IMG/VR virus record: IMGVR_UViG_3300021597_000002
Coordinates: 1 to 64,000 of that record
DNA: 64,000 nt
Reading direction: 5' to 3' (one strand)
Source: a virus
The first letter of the stretch is position 1; the number at the start of each line of letters is the position of its first letter. Positions 10,012 through 19,239 of this stretch are shown here, in pieces. The notes beneath the pieces were generated by a model that saw nothing but the letters and a program-made list of their open reading frames with translations, had not been told where the DNA came from and did no database searches. The position numbers and the translations under genes are program-made.

Positions 10012-10608
10012 TTAGTAATTATTTAACGTTGCGTTTGGAGATACAATTAATTCCACATCACCTTTGTTTGGTAGACCACCGGATGCATTCATAGTGTCTA
10101 CATAGAAAGACCAGTAATAGAGGTTTGTTGCTTTTAGTCGAAGGTAAACATCACCATTAGGGGCGCGATACACCGTTGGCTCATGGGAGCCAAATGTACC
10201 AATGTTTATCACTTGATTGCTGGTTGTGTAACTATAGCCCGCCAGCGTCTCATCAATAATTGCAGCTTGACCGTAGGCATAACCTTGTATACGAAAATGA
10301 AACATTCCATTTTTGGTTATTGTGTTAAATTTGGTTTTAAAGTGCAGGTATAGATTCGCATTGTTATCAACCCAGCCTTCTGGCTTTTCCGAATCAGGAA
10401 CATGGTCATATCCTTGATAAAGGACGTTTTGATAAATATTCAGGCGACGACTTCCTGGTTCGCCATTTCCGATACGTTCACGATCACTCATAAAGGTTTC
10501 AAAATCTTTTCGCATTTGCTCTGTTGCTGCGTCAATTTCTCCAACTTTGTTTTCTACTGTTTCTGTCAAACGGCGGTTACTTTCGACTAGCGGTTGAAAG
10601 TCACTCAT
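10012..10608 (-). CDS. Putative fibre/appendage tip protein
   Basis: N-terminal coiled coil and aromatic beta-rich C-terminal domain; lies directly before the chaperone gene. Confidence 0.5.
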   Translation of the reverse strand: MSDFQPLVESNRRLTETVENKVGEIDAATEQMRKDFETFMSDRERIGNGEPGSRRLNIYQNVLYQGYDHVPDSEKPEGWVDNNANLYLHFKTKFNTITKNGMFHFRIQGYAYGQAAIIDETLAGYSYTTSNQVINIGTFGSHEPTVYRAPNGDVYLRLKATNLYYWSFYVDTMNASGGLPNKGDVELIVSPNATLNNY

Positions 10609-10637
10609 GGCAACCTCCCTTAGTTTCGTTATGTTGT

Positions 10638-10835
10638 TTACGCATTAGTTTTCCCACTTAAACGATCTGCTGAATCGTTGTTTTGTTTAGTGATGGCATT
10701 GACTGCCGTCATTAGATCCTGCTTAAACTGCTCAAACTCCAGTGAAGAAACCATTCCGGTTTGAGCTTCCTCTTTGGCGTTAGCAACCTGTTGTTCGGTT
10801 GCCAGTTCGCCATAACGCTTAGGAGCCGTTGCCAT
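10638..10835 (-). CDS. Small coiled-coil protein (65 aa)
   Basis: ORF starting immediately after the upstream gene's stop. Confidence 0.6.
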   Translation of the reverse strand: MATAPKRYGELATEQQVANAKEEAQTGMVSSLEFEQFKQDLMTAVNAITKQNNDSADRLSGKTNA

Positions 10836-10837
10836 GC

Positions 10838-11761
10838 TTAGCCCTGCGTTGTAGTCAGCGTTACGCGCACAGATACAGGCGTGACACTGGCATCATGCGG
10901 TTGTGGGCGGAAATGTACGCCCTTAGACTTCAATTCAATGGTGAAGCCTACCGCGAGTTTTTTAGTGATATACGCTTCCACCAGCGGATTACCCTCAACG
11001 GTAGCTGTTGCCATGTAGTCAGTTGCCAGTGGATAGCTTCCCATTCCTTCTTGTACAGTCAGAAAATCATAAGTACCTGCCGTACTCGAAATGGTGATGG
11101 TTTTCTCTTTCAGCTTACGCATTGAGTTCACCAGATTGACGGTTTCCTGCATCTGCTGCAGTACATCCGTGTCGGTCTGGTTCAGCTGCTCCAATGCCGC
11201 ATTGATGGTTGCCACCTTGGCAGCAATATCAGAGTCAGTAGCATAGGTCGCATCAAGCGCCGCTATCTTGTCTTGGCTGTTCTTGATCGCCGTTGAGAGC
11301 GTTGTCAGGTTCGACATGACAACAGAAAGACGCTGGTTAATGGCTGTTGCCATATCAGCGTTTTGCTGCTCGTTCTCTGTGCGTATGGTTGCAAGCTCTG
11401 CGTTAATGGAATCACGCAATGCCGCCATCTTGCTGTTGATCTCAGCAACCTGAAGGCTGTGCTCAGTACCTAATTGCCCAAGAATCAACGACACCGAGTT
11501 AGCAAACGAAGTTAGCTTGGCGTTCACATCATCACGCAGCGTCTTAGCGGTACGGTTTAGTGATTCGTCGTTGACCTCATCCGAGGTGGATACTGGCGTA
11601 AAATCGACAGAAGCCGGCGCTGTCACTGACGGCACCGAGACTTTGTTTTGAATTGGCTGAGTAGTGATATCGCTAGGGGATGGCGCCGTTACGGTCGAAT
11701 CATCAACACCGGTAATGGGTGTTAATGTAATGTCGATGGGCGTATTAGGATCGGTACTCAT
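10838..11761 (-). CDS. Long coiled-coil fibre-like protein with C-terminal beta domain
   Basis: T/P/S-rich N-terminus, heptad-rich middle and C-terminal GFTI-type beta domain. Confidence 0.55.
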   Translation of the reverse strand: MSTDPNTPIDITLTPITGVDDSTVTAPSPSDITTQPIQNKVSVPSVTAPASVDFTPVSTSDEVNDESLNRTAKTLRDDVNAKLTSFANSVSLILGQLGTEHSLQVAEINSKMAALRDSINAELATIRTENEQQNADMATAINQRLSVVMSNLTTLSTAIKNSQDKIAALDATYATDSDIAAKVATINAALEQLNQTDTDVLQQMQETVNLVNSMRKLKEKTITISSTAGTYDFLTVQEGMGSYPLATDYMATATVEGNPLVEAYITKKLAVGFTIELKSKGVHFRPQPHDASVTPVSVRVTLTTTQG

Positions 11762-12498
11762 TCATCGTCCCCTTTGAAGACATCAAAAATATCGGCAATA
11801 GCACCTACTTTCTCTTGAAGATCCGTTGCCTGTTTGTTCAGGTTCTGCTCGTTGATTTCATCCTGCTCGCTCACCACTGGCACTGGCTGGCGTAAGGATT
11901 CAATCTGTTCTTTGCTGGCAGCTTGCGCCAGTTTGTTTACCACACTGGTTAAGCTTGGCTCTGGGTGTGGATTTGGTAAGAACTCAATCGGCTCGCCAGA
12001 TTCTGGTTCAAACTTGTCAGGTAAGAAGTCACTGCCTACATCAAATGGCATTAGGTGATACTTAAAACCGCCAGAGCCATTCTTGCCGATGGGTTCAGCC
12101 TTCACGATGTAGAGTAGGCGCACCTGTATCTCTTCATCTGCGACTTGCTCTTCAATCCAGATAACGCTTTGCTCGGGCACGTTTGGCTCTTTAAGCAGCA
12201 TCTGAAAAACTTCTTCGCCTTCGTCGGTACCATCACCAAACGCCAGCATTTGAATGGAGCTACCATCATTGGGCAATTCTATGGCTCGTGTTGGGGAGGG
12301 GCTACTATAAGAAAATGTTTCCTCCCGAGCCTCTAAGTTGCCAACAACGTCACTTTCATCAATGTGCTCCAAGGCGTTTAGTTGTGCTTTGAAAAGCAAG
12401 CAATCAAACGCATTAGGGTTAATGTCTAGTGTCTTCTGCAGATCTGCATAAATAGGTTCAAATACGCGCCTGCGGTCTATTGGGGTTATTCTTGTCAT
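11758..12498 (-). CDS. Neck/head-closure protein (P1 gp7-like) with C-terminal extension
   Basis: Synteny (follows the gp25-like gene); P/E-rich linker and helical tail. Confidence 0.55.
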   Translation of the reverse strand: MTRITPIDRRRVFEPIYADLQKTLDINPNAFDCLLFKAQLNALEHIDESDVVGNLEAREETFSYSSPSPTRAIELPNDGSSIQMLAFGDGTDEGEEVFQMLLKEPNVPEQSVIWIEEQVADEEIQVRLLYIVKAEPIGKNGSGGFKYHLMPFDVGSDFLPDKFEPESGEPIEFLPNPHPEPSLTSVVNKLAQAASKEQIESLRQPVPVVSEQDEINEQNLNKQATDLQEKVGAIADIFDVFKGDDE

Positions 12499-13676
12499 TA
12501 CAGGTCCTTAGCCAGCTTCTGAGCATCGGCTAGTGGTACTTTGTTCATCTTGGCGAAGACTTTCACCGCACTGTCACGGTCTGCGCCGTACATCTTAGCT
12601 CTATCCAGCTCAGACCTGAGCAATGCCTTTAATTGGTCACGGTTCGCACTCTGAGCTTGTTTCTGACGCTGCTCTATTGCCTTTTTCGCTTTGGCTTTAC
12701 TGGTTGAGACTTTCGCCTGTTGCTTGCCTAGCTGCTTACGCAGCTCAGCGACTTCTTTTTCCAGCTTCTTGATGTACTTCGGATCCTTGATTTGGCGTTT
12801 AAAGACTCGCTTAGCCTGCTTCATTTTGTTGATCACTTGCATAGCGGCAGCTTTGTCCACATCACGGGGACGAGCACGCTCTAATTGCTCGCGGTCTTCT
12901 TTGGTCAAGAATGAGTCTGTATTGTCACCGGCGAAGCCCTCTTTCTCCGCTTGTGCCAGCAATTGTTTGGCAAGCTGAGCCTGTATGGTGGGTGACTTCA
13001 ATGCCCCCAGCGCTTTTAACTGGTGTTTACAGCAACAACCTGTCAGTTGAGGGTTTCGGATCTTCGGAAAGTCTTTTTCATAGGGAGCGATAGCAAAGTT
13101 GCCAGCAGTGGCAACATAGCGGTACCAGAATTGATAACGCCCACACTGACAGTCAATGGAGACATTACCTAAGCAAATACGCTTGATAGCGGCTGTCCAA
13201 CTGCGTTGCGTTTGGGTTAGCTCTTCCATCCAGTTTTCTAACCGGATACGGACCTGATAGCTATCTTCACCATGCTTACCCGATGCCGTGACATTGAAAT
13301 GCAGTAAGTCACCACGGACCTTATAAAGCCGTGCGACCTTGATTTCTGTATTGGCGCGTTGAACGTCGATTTTACGAGAGGCGACAATCAGCTGATCCAA
13401 TGGTGCGCCACGAGTACGCCCCCACTTCTTTGATGTGGATTTACGAGCCTTATCAAACGCTCGCATATCATCAATCGTAAACGGATCGCCACCTTTCTTA
13501 GAGCCGAGCAACACCGAGTGATAAAGTGGTAGCTCACCAGTACGAATGGCTTCACGAATGGCAGAGGGTGACAGAGTTCTTCGGGCATACTGACGCTCTG
13601 CCTTTTGGTTTCGGCGCCTTTCGTTAAAGTCTTTGTCCTGACTGCGGACGTTTTTTGTCATTTCTGGCTGCTTCAT
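12498..13676 (-). CDS. P1 gp25-like protein with SWIM-type zinc finger
   Basis: CQC...CCKH motif; basic protein; synteny. Confidence 0.65.
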   Translation of the reverse strand: MKQPEMTKNVRSQDKDFNERRRNQKAERQYARRTLSPSAIREAIRTGELPLYHSVLLGSKKGGDPFTIDDMRAFDKARKSTSKKWGRTRGAPLDQLIVASRKIDVQRANTEIKVARLYKVRGDLLHFNVTASGKHGEDSYQVRIRLENWMEELTQTQRSWTAAIKRICLGNVSIDCQCGRYQFWYRYVATAGNFAIAPYEKDFPKIRNPQLTGCCCKHQLKALGALKSPTIQAQLAKQLLAQAEKEGFAGDNTDSFLTKEDREQLERARPRDVDKAAAMQVINKMKQAKRVFKRQIKDPKYIKKLEKEVAELRKQLGKQQAKVSTSKAKAKKAIEQRQKQAQSANRDQLKALLRSELDRAKMYGADRDSAVKVFAKMNKVPLADAQKLAKDL

Positions 13677-13987
13677 ACGCCCTCCTGCTCAAACTGGCAG
13701 TAATAGCGAATGCGAGTTCTTACCCATTTAATGGTTGGCAACCGGATCAGGCTACCGGCTTCAAGGTATTCCCGCATATCATCAAGACCTGCACATACGG
13801 CAACGATTTTCTTGAGGCTTTCTGTGCCGTAATAGCGAAGAGAAACCAGTTCAGGCATACGGATCTCATCAATAGAGACTTCCCACTCTTCCCACTCAAA
13901 CAAACCATCACGCAATTCACGGTAAAAACGGGCGCGTATCAGCTCATCTTGGATATTCAAAGGGCTTAGACGTGATAACTGGGTCAT
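13673..13987 (-). CDS. Baseplate protein (P1 gp26-like)
   Basis: PELVSLRYYG...L.AG..IRLP, a LysM/wedge-like pattern; synteny. Confidence 0.65.
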   Translation of the reverse strand: MTQLSRLSPLNIQDELIRARFYRELRDGLFEWEEWEVSIDEIRMPELVSLRYYGTESLKKIVAVCAGLDDMREYLEAGSLIRLPTIKWVRTRIRYYCQFEQEGV

Positions 13988-14610
13988 GCATCCCCCATAT
14001 CGCGCTCAATGGTAATGCGGCGAAGTGTAGAGAAAACCGGATCGTCTTCCTCTACGTCAATGGCATCCAAAAAGGTGTCGAGATAATTCTGGTTAACTTG
14101 GTTGAACTCACATGCAGCCAGCACACAAAGCAGGATTGCACGCTGATAGCCAGTAAATGAGCTGTGGTCGATGTCATAACGATAGCGCCCACGGTCATCT
14201 GGCATGATGTTCACACTAGAATCACGGATCCAGTGGCGTTCTAACCCTTTGTTCAGCACCAAGCAGCCGATTTGATGGCTATCGCTTACATCACCAAGGC
14301 GAAGTAAGTTGAAATAATGGTCAAATGCAATGTTCATATAACCACGGCGTTCTGTTGGGTCCGCTTCTTCCAATAACACCTTATGGGCGTATTCGCTGAA
14401 ATCGTCTCCGCGCTCTTCGACTATCATGTGATAGCCTTCCTCGTGCTTTTTCTTCAGATCACGCTTGAGCTTTCGCTTCCATGTACCAAATGCACCGGAA
14501 ATCTTTTCGAGCTTGGCGATCACCAACAGGTCGTCATTAAACACCGCCGTCGCTTGAACCTGCTCTTTACCCAGCAACGTGACACAAAATATTTTCTTCT
14601 GTGTGCTCAT
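13984..14610 (-). CDS. Hypothetical protein, first gene of the tail-completion operon
   Basis: 208 aa ORF overlapping the start of the gp26-like gene. Confidence 0.75.
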   Translation of the reverse strand: MSTQKKIFCVTLLGKEQVQATAVFNDDLLVIAKLEKISGAFGTWKRKLKRDLKKKHEEGYHMIVEERGDDFSEYAHKVLLEEADPTERRGYMNIAFDHYFNLLRLGDVSDSHQIGCLVLNKGLERHWIRDSSVNIMPDDRGRYRYDIDHSSFTGYQRAILLCVLAACEFNQVNQNYLDTFLDAIDVEEDDPVFSTLRRITIERDMGDA

Positions 14611-14785
14611 GGCTTCGCATCACCCTATACGATCGTAAAAAACTATCATCATGATGGGTAAAAACGATCGATCTCGCAGCAACAGGGAAATATTGCGAAC
14701 TTTGTGTGCTCATGGCTTCACGAACGTAAAAACTATCATCAAGACGAGTAAAAACGATCGATCTCGGAAAAACAGGAAAACAATG
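14600..14785. repeat. Imperfect tandem duplication of about 85-95 bp covering a start codon and its promoter
   Basis: TGTGTGCTCATGGCTTC...CGTAAAAA(A)CTATCATCA...GTAAAAACGATCGATCTCG...AACAGG at 14600-14695 and again at 14703-14785. Confidence 0.85.
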
Positions 14786-14920
14786 TGATATTTTGTTGCT
14801 TTGTTTTGTTTATTTGCTCGTTGTGACAATTACAGGCATTTAAATTACAACACCACCTTGTTTTGATGGGCTTCGCTAATTGCTTTAAGTGAGTTGTGTA
14901 AATTAGATAAGGTTTTACTT

Positions 14921-14958
14921 TTGTAAAACATATTTTTGTTGTTATACTTCGGTATAAC
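14921..14958 (+). promoter_or_regulatory. mazEF promoter with palindromic operator
   Basis: TTGTAA-N16-TATACT; inverted repeat GTTATAC-TTCG-GTATAAC (14941-14958) covers the -10. Confidence 0.65.
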
Positions 14959-14981
14959 ACAGAGAAGAAGGAAACCAACAC

Positions 14982-15239
14982 ATGACCGCTGTTGTAATTC
15001 GCCAGTCTGGCGGCGCTAACATCGTTAGCATCCCTAAAACCATTGTTAAAATGCTTAGCTTGCACGCTGGATCAAAACTGGACCTATCCGTTCAGGATAA
15101 CAGAATCGTGCTAACTCCAGTTGAGGAAGAGCTAACGCTGGAAGCCTTACTCGCTGAAAGCCCAAAAGAGTGCTTTGCCATTACCGATGAAGACAGAGAA
15201 TGGATTAATGCTAAGCCTGTTGGCAAGGAAGTGATTTGA
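14982..15239 (+). CDS. mazE: AbrB/MazE-family antitoxin
   Basis: IRQSGGANIVSIPK AbrB motif; LTLEALL; C-terminal PVGKE. Confidence 0.9.
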   Translation: MTAVVIRQSGGANIVSIPKTIVKMLSLHAGSKLDLSVQDNRIVLTPVEEELTLEALLAESPKECFAITDEDREWINAKPVGKEVI

Positions 15240-15568
15240 TGTACGTACCAGATAAAGGAGACATTGTTTCACTCGACTTTGATCCGAGCGCAGGAAAGGA
15301 AATCATGAAACGTCGTCCTGCGTTTGTGATCTCTCGTAAAATGTTCAATGAACACACTGGATTTGCTGTTGTAGCTCCAATCACTAGCACAGTGAGAGGT
15401 ATGAAGCTGGAAGTCGTTTTGCCTGAAGAGCTATCGACACAAGGCGCCATCCTCATTCACCAAGTTAAATCTCTCGATTTCTCTAACCGTCAGGTCAAAT
15501 TCATAGAGAAAGCCCCACAAGCAATCACCGACAAAGCCACTGAGCTTACAAAAGTGATTATTTCGTAA
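15236..15568 (+). CDS. mazF: MazF/PemK-family endoribonuclease toxin
   Basis: YVPDKGDIVSLDFDPSAGKEIMKRRPAFVIS...VAPITS...QVKSLD. Confidence 0.93.
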   Translation: MMYVPDKGDIVSLDFDPSAGKEIMKRRPAFVISRKMFNEHTGFAVVAPITSTVRGMKLEVVLPEELSTQGAILIHQVKSLDFSNRQVKFIEKAPQAITDKATELTKVIIS

Positions 15569-15582
15569 TAAGTGGTCGCGCT

Positions 15583-16917
15583 ATGAACAACAAATTTGAC
15601 GATATTAAACACCCGCCTCACTCTATCGAGGCGGAGCAATCCGTGATTGGTGGCTTGCTTTTAGACAACGAACGTTGGGAATCAGTAAGCGAGCGATTGA
15701 CGAAAGCTGACTTCTACAGCCGTCCTCACCGGATTATCTTTGATGCTATAGGCTCGTTATTTGATAGCAGAACGCCCGTAGACCTTATCACCTTGTCTGA
15801 GCGCTTGGAGCAAAGAGAACAATTAGATGATGTTGGTGGGTTTGCGTATCTGGCGGACCTTGCCAAAAACACACCTAGTGCAGCCAACATCCTTGCTTAC
15901 ACTGACATTGTGGCTGAGCGTTCTATGTTGCGCCACATGATCTCTGCTGCAAATGAAATCGCTGACGCCGCATACAATACGCAAGGCAGAAAACCAGAGG
16001 AACTGCTCGATCTTGCAGAGAAGAAGGTGCTTTCTATCTCTGAGGCTCGCATCAAAAGTGACAACGTATTTGATGGCAAAAGCCTAATTGCAGAAACGAT
16101 GGCGCGATTCAAATCCAGCAAGCGCAACAGTATCACCGGAATGAGAACGGGCTTTGATGAGCTTGATGCCATGACGCTAGGCTTACAACCGTCAGACTTT
16201 GTTGTGGTAGCGGCTAGACCATCGCATGGTAAAACCACCATGGCGCTAAACATCTGTGAAAGTGCCATCATGGAAGAAGAGAAACCCGTGTTACTTTTCT
16301 CTCTTGAAATGCCAAAGAGTCAGATCATGGATAAGCTCGTCTCTTCACTGTCTCGCGTTAGCTTAACCAGCATTAAGACAGGGCAGCTAAATGAAGAACA
16401 AGAGACACAAGTCGGCTCTGCACTTGGTCTGCTCGATTGGAAGCCGAACTTTTACATTGATGATAGTGCAGGCTTAACGCCGACTGAAATGAGAGCTAAA
16501 GCTCGTCGTATTGCTCGGGAGCATGGCGGATTGTCGATGATAGTTGTTGATTACCTACAGTTGATGCGCGTACCAGCACTAGCAGATAACCGTACTTTGG
16601 AAATCTCTGAGATCTCCCGTTCACTCAAAGCATTAGCGAAAGAGTTAAACGTTCCTGTGGTTGCCTTGTCGCAGCTTAACCGCTCTTTGGAACAACGCCC
16701 AGACAAGCGCCCTATCAACTCAGATTTGCGTGAATCAGGCGCTATTGAACAAGATGCTGACCTTATCATGTTTATCTACCGTGACGAGCTGTACAACGAC
16801 AGAAGCAAGTACAAAGGCACCGCAGAGATCATCATAGGCAAGCAGCGCAACGGTCCTGTCGGTAACATTACGCTTCGTTTTGATGGCGACATCTCTCGCT
16901 TTGACAACTTACAGTAG
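15583..16917 (+). CDS. dnaB: Replicative DNA helicase DnaB (P1 Ban analogue)
   Basis: PPHSIEAEQSVIG, AARPSHGKT, FSLEM, VDYLQLM, LSQLNR, DLRESGAIEQDAD and KQRNGP motifs. Confidence 0.97.
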   Translation: MNNKFDDIKHPPHSIEAEQSVIGGLLLDNERWESVSERLTKADFYSRPHRIIFDAIGSLFDSRTPVDLITLSERLEQREQLDDVGGFAYLADLAKNTPSAANILAYTDIVAERSMLRHMISAANEIADAAYNTQGRKPEELLDLAEKKVLSISEARIKSDNVFDGKSLIAETMARFKSSKRNSITGMRTGFDELDAMTLGLQPSDFVVVAARPSHGKTTMALNICESAIMEEEKPVLLFSLEMPKSQIMDKLVSSLSRVSLTSIKTGQLNEEQETQVGSALGLLDWKPNFYIDDSAGLTPTEMRAKARRIAREHGGLSMIVVDYLQLMRVPALADNRTLEISEISRSLKALAKELNVPVVALSQLNRSLEQRPDKRPINSDLRESGAIEQDADLIMFIYRDELYNDRSKYKGTAEIIIGKQRNGPVGNITLRFDGDISRFDNLQ

Positions 16918-16932
16918 GGGCGCAAAGCCCCT

Positions 16933-17280
16933 TCAATAGAATCGCAATGTACCGTCGTCAGTCAGCTTAACGATCATTTCTTCAATCTTCTTGGTATCTG
17001 AGAGCCAGAATAATTTCTGCTCCATCTGTGGCAGATCGCCAACAAGCGACATCAACATTTCCAAAGGCATAAACACGTACTCAGCTGGGCGCCCATGCTC
17101 GTGCTTAAATCGCTCGTGGTTTTCTTTAAGGAGAGTTAAATAAGGGTTGGTATTCTTTGCCAGCTCATACGCTAACGGGCTGATCTTGTGATGTACACTG
17201 CCAATTGTGCCAACGTTCGCATGTTCTGCTTGTTTCATTGCCGTGGCAAGCTGCTGACCTAGTTGTTCTAATTTATCCAT
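16933..17280 (-). CDS. Hypothetical protein (115 aa)
   Basis: ORF with AAGGA RBS; candidate promoter at 17313-17357. Confidence 0.7.
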   Translation of the reverse strand: MDKLEQLGQQLATAMKQAEHANVGTIGSVHHKISPLAYELAKNTNPYLTLLKENHERFKHEHGRPAEYVFMPLEMLMSLVGDLPQMEQKLFWLSDTKKIEEMIVKLTDDGTLRFY

Positions 17281-17357
17281 GTCCGTTCCTTTCTACTCGA
17301 TAAAACGGACTTAGGGTGGCATTGCGCTCACCCTGTCGCCACAACAAAACATTATAA

Positions 17358-17783
17358 TCAAAGCTCTAATTTCTTTTTATCCGATGGGTAACACCCGTTA
17401 GCTTTGAAATATTCATTTTTCTTTAGAAGCATAACTCCATAGCATTCACGGCACATAGATTCTGTGGACTCTCGACCGTTCAGTACTTGCTCTATAAATT
17501 TTTTGGTTCTCTTACAGTATCTGCCACATACACAACGACATTGCCAAACCCCTTTCCCCAGATACCCAATAACCTTTAATCTACCGACAATAGAACCCGT
17601 TAGATCTGTAAAAGCGGAGTCATCAGGTATCGGTTGGTGTTTTCTAGGAGCCTCCCAAAACTCAACATCGACCAGTTTATCTCTGTTTTTTATGTTAAAA
17701 GTGGAATGCTCAGGCGCTTTTTGAACAACCAAAGCAGCTTGCTTATTTACAGGTCTCAGCCTCAATGTACTTTTAAGAGTCAT
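17358..17783 (-). CDS. Protein with a Cys-rich domain of the type found N-terminal to HNH/AP2 phage proteins
   Basis: DLTGxxxGRLKVI...WQCRCVCG and CREC; AGGAGG RBS. Confidence 0.65.
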   Translation of the reverse strand: MTLKSTLRLRPVNKQAALVVQKAPEHSTFNIKNRDKLVDVEFWEAPRKHQPIPDDSAFTDLTGSIVGRLKVIGYLGKGVWQCRCVCGRYCKRTKKFIEQVLNGRESTESMCRECYGVMLLKKNEYFKANGCYPSDKKKLEL

Positions 17784-17799
17784 TCCCTTTTAACCTCCT

Positions 17800-18087
17800 T
17801 TAATTTTCGACTGAATCAAGCACCATAGGCTTACGTTGACCTTTTTCAAAGTAAGCAATAATGGCATCACCAGACTCAAACTCTAACGTCACTAGCTCAG
17901 GCGTCAGATCTCGATCATCAATAACCAAAACATAGCCATTTCCCGCTTTGTTAATGATGTAGTCAACAACAATGCCGTCGCGCTCTTCAACTTCCAGCTC
18001 AAGCGGGTCAAACTCATTTTCAATTGACGGCAGTTGCTTCTTCAGAGCCACTGAGACATTGGCAAGCTGAATCGTGTTATCACTCAT
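17800..18087 (-). CDS. Acidic hypothetical protein
   Basis: ORF with GAGGA RBS; ends in MVLDSVEN. Confidence 0.65.
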   Translation of the reverse strand: MSDNTIQLANVSVALKKQLPSIENEFDPLELEVEERDGIVVDYIINKAGNGYVLVIDDRDLTPELVTLEFESGDAIIAYFEKGQRKPMVLDSVEN

Positions 18088-18427
18088 AATCATCCTCATA
18101 AACTGATCTACCCTTACTCGGGAAGCTCAATACATTAAAACCCACATCCTTTAGCCAGTACGCTATTGGCTTATAAGCTGGCTCATAGAAAAACGGACCG
18201 CCGCCGGTATCACACCAAGCACCAAACATCACGTTTGGTCGCTCAAGTCCTTTCGACTCAATCGTGCGCTCACCTTCGAATAGGAAATAAGCCTTGCGGG
18301 TCACATCCCTTTGCACTCGAATAGCATTAAACTCATCACGCTCGGATATTTCACGCTGAAGTGCTTGCGCCTCATCTTCAGTCATTGATTTGGGCACCAG
18401 AACGGTGCCAAAAATAGTGATACTCAT
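18080..18427 (-). CDS. Hypothetical protein
   Basis: ORF with AGGAG RBS, in an operon. Confidence 0.7.
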   Translation of the reverse strand: MSITIFGTVLVPKSMTEDEAQALQREISERDEFNAIRVQRDVTRKAYFLFEGERTIESKGLERPNVMFGAWCDTGGGPFFYEPAYKPIAYWLKDVGFNVLSFPSKGRSVYEDDYE

Positions 18428-18438
18428 AAGGCTCTCCT

Positions 18439-18711
18439 TTAGCCAAGCACAGGCAAAATACTCACCCTTTTAAGCTCTTCCAGCTCAACATCTGTCAGCT
18501 GAAATGAAATCTCAGGCGGGGTTTTAGTAGAGTTGTCCATTTTGAACATCACCACATTCACACCACCTTCGTTAAGCGGATAATGATGAAACGCTCCGGA
18601 CTTAGGCAGCTCTATTGTGAAACCGGCACTCCCTTCGATAGTTAACCCCATAGGTGTGTCTGGGGACTCTTCAACGATCTCTAAAATAAAACCTTCAAAC
18701 TTATGTTTCAT
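18439..18711 (-). CDS. Hypothetical protein
   Basis: Likely ATG 18711 with GAGGA RBS. Confidence 0.65.
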   Translation of the reverse strand: MKHKFEGFILEIVEESPDTPMGLTIEGSAGFTIELPKSGAFHHYPLNEGGVNVVMFKMDNSTKTPPEISFQLTDVELEELKRVSILPVLG

Positions 18712-18727
18712 AGCTTCCTCGGTGATC

Positions 18728-19141
18728 CTAATTGTTATCCATAAATGACAAGCAGTACTGTTCAAACTGGTAAAGCGCTTCATCATCAAAGCGACCTGAA
18801 TCACGCAGCCCCATCATTTCTTGAAACAAATGACGATTTTTATAGTCAAGATTGACGTAATCATGCAGGTGAGCTATTCGCGGTGTTTCCGTTCTACGGT
18901 ACCAGTTAGAAAAAGCGGTTGTAAAAAATGTTCTTGCGCGACCGCCATCTTCGATAGCCTCGCGTATATCTGCTAGAACATCCTCAAGTGGACGAGCCTT
19001 AGTAATCGTCTTTGGCTCTACGACCAATGAGCGAATAGACTCTAAAATCTTCATCTGATCAAGCTTGCTGTATTTTGGAAACTGCTCCTGCAGCTGTACC
19101 AAGCAATCATTCAACATAGACTCTTCAAAAGTAGCGTTCAT
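18728..19141 (-). CDS. Hypothetical protein
   Basis: 137 aa ORF downstream of cre. Confidence 0.7.
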   Translation of the reverse strand: MNATFEESMLNDCLVQLQEQFPKYSKLDQMKILESIRSLVVEPKTITKARPLEDVLADIREAIEDGGRARTFFTTAFSNWYRRTETPRIAHLHDYVNLDYKNRHLFQEMMGLRDSGRFDDEALYQFEQYCLSFMDNN

Positions 19142-19239
19142 AATCCCTAATCCTTGTATTGATTTACATTAAATATAGCACTTATTAAGTATTAGTTAGA
19201 TACCTATCTAACACTATTTAAATATTAGTTTAATATCTT

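Noticed and set aside
646-14661. Numerous plus-strand ORFs across the structural region, and similar shadow ORFs elsewhere
   Set aside because: They are antisense to or nested in well-supported genes, with no RBS or recognisable motifs.
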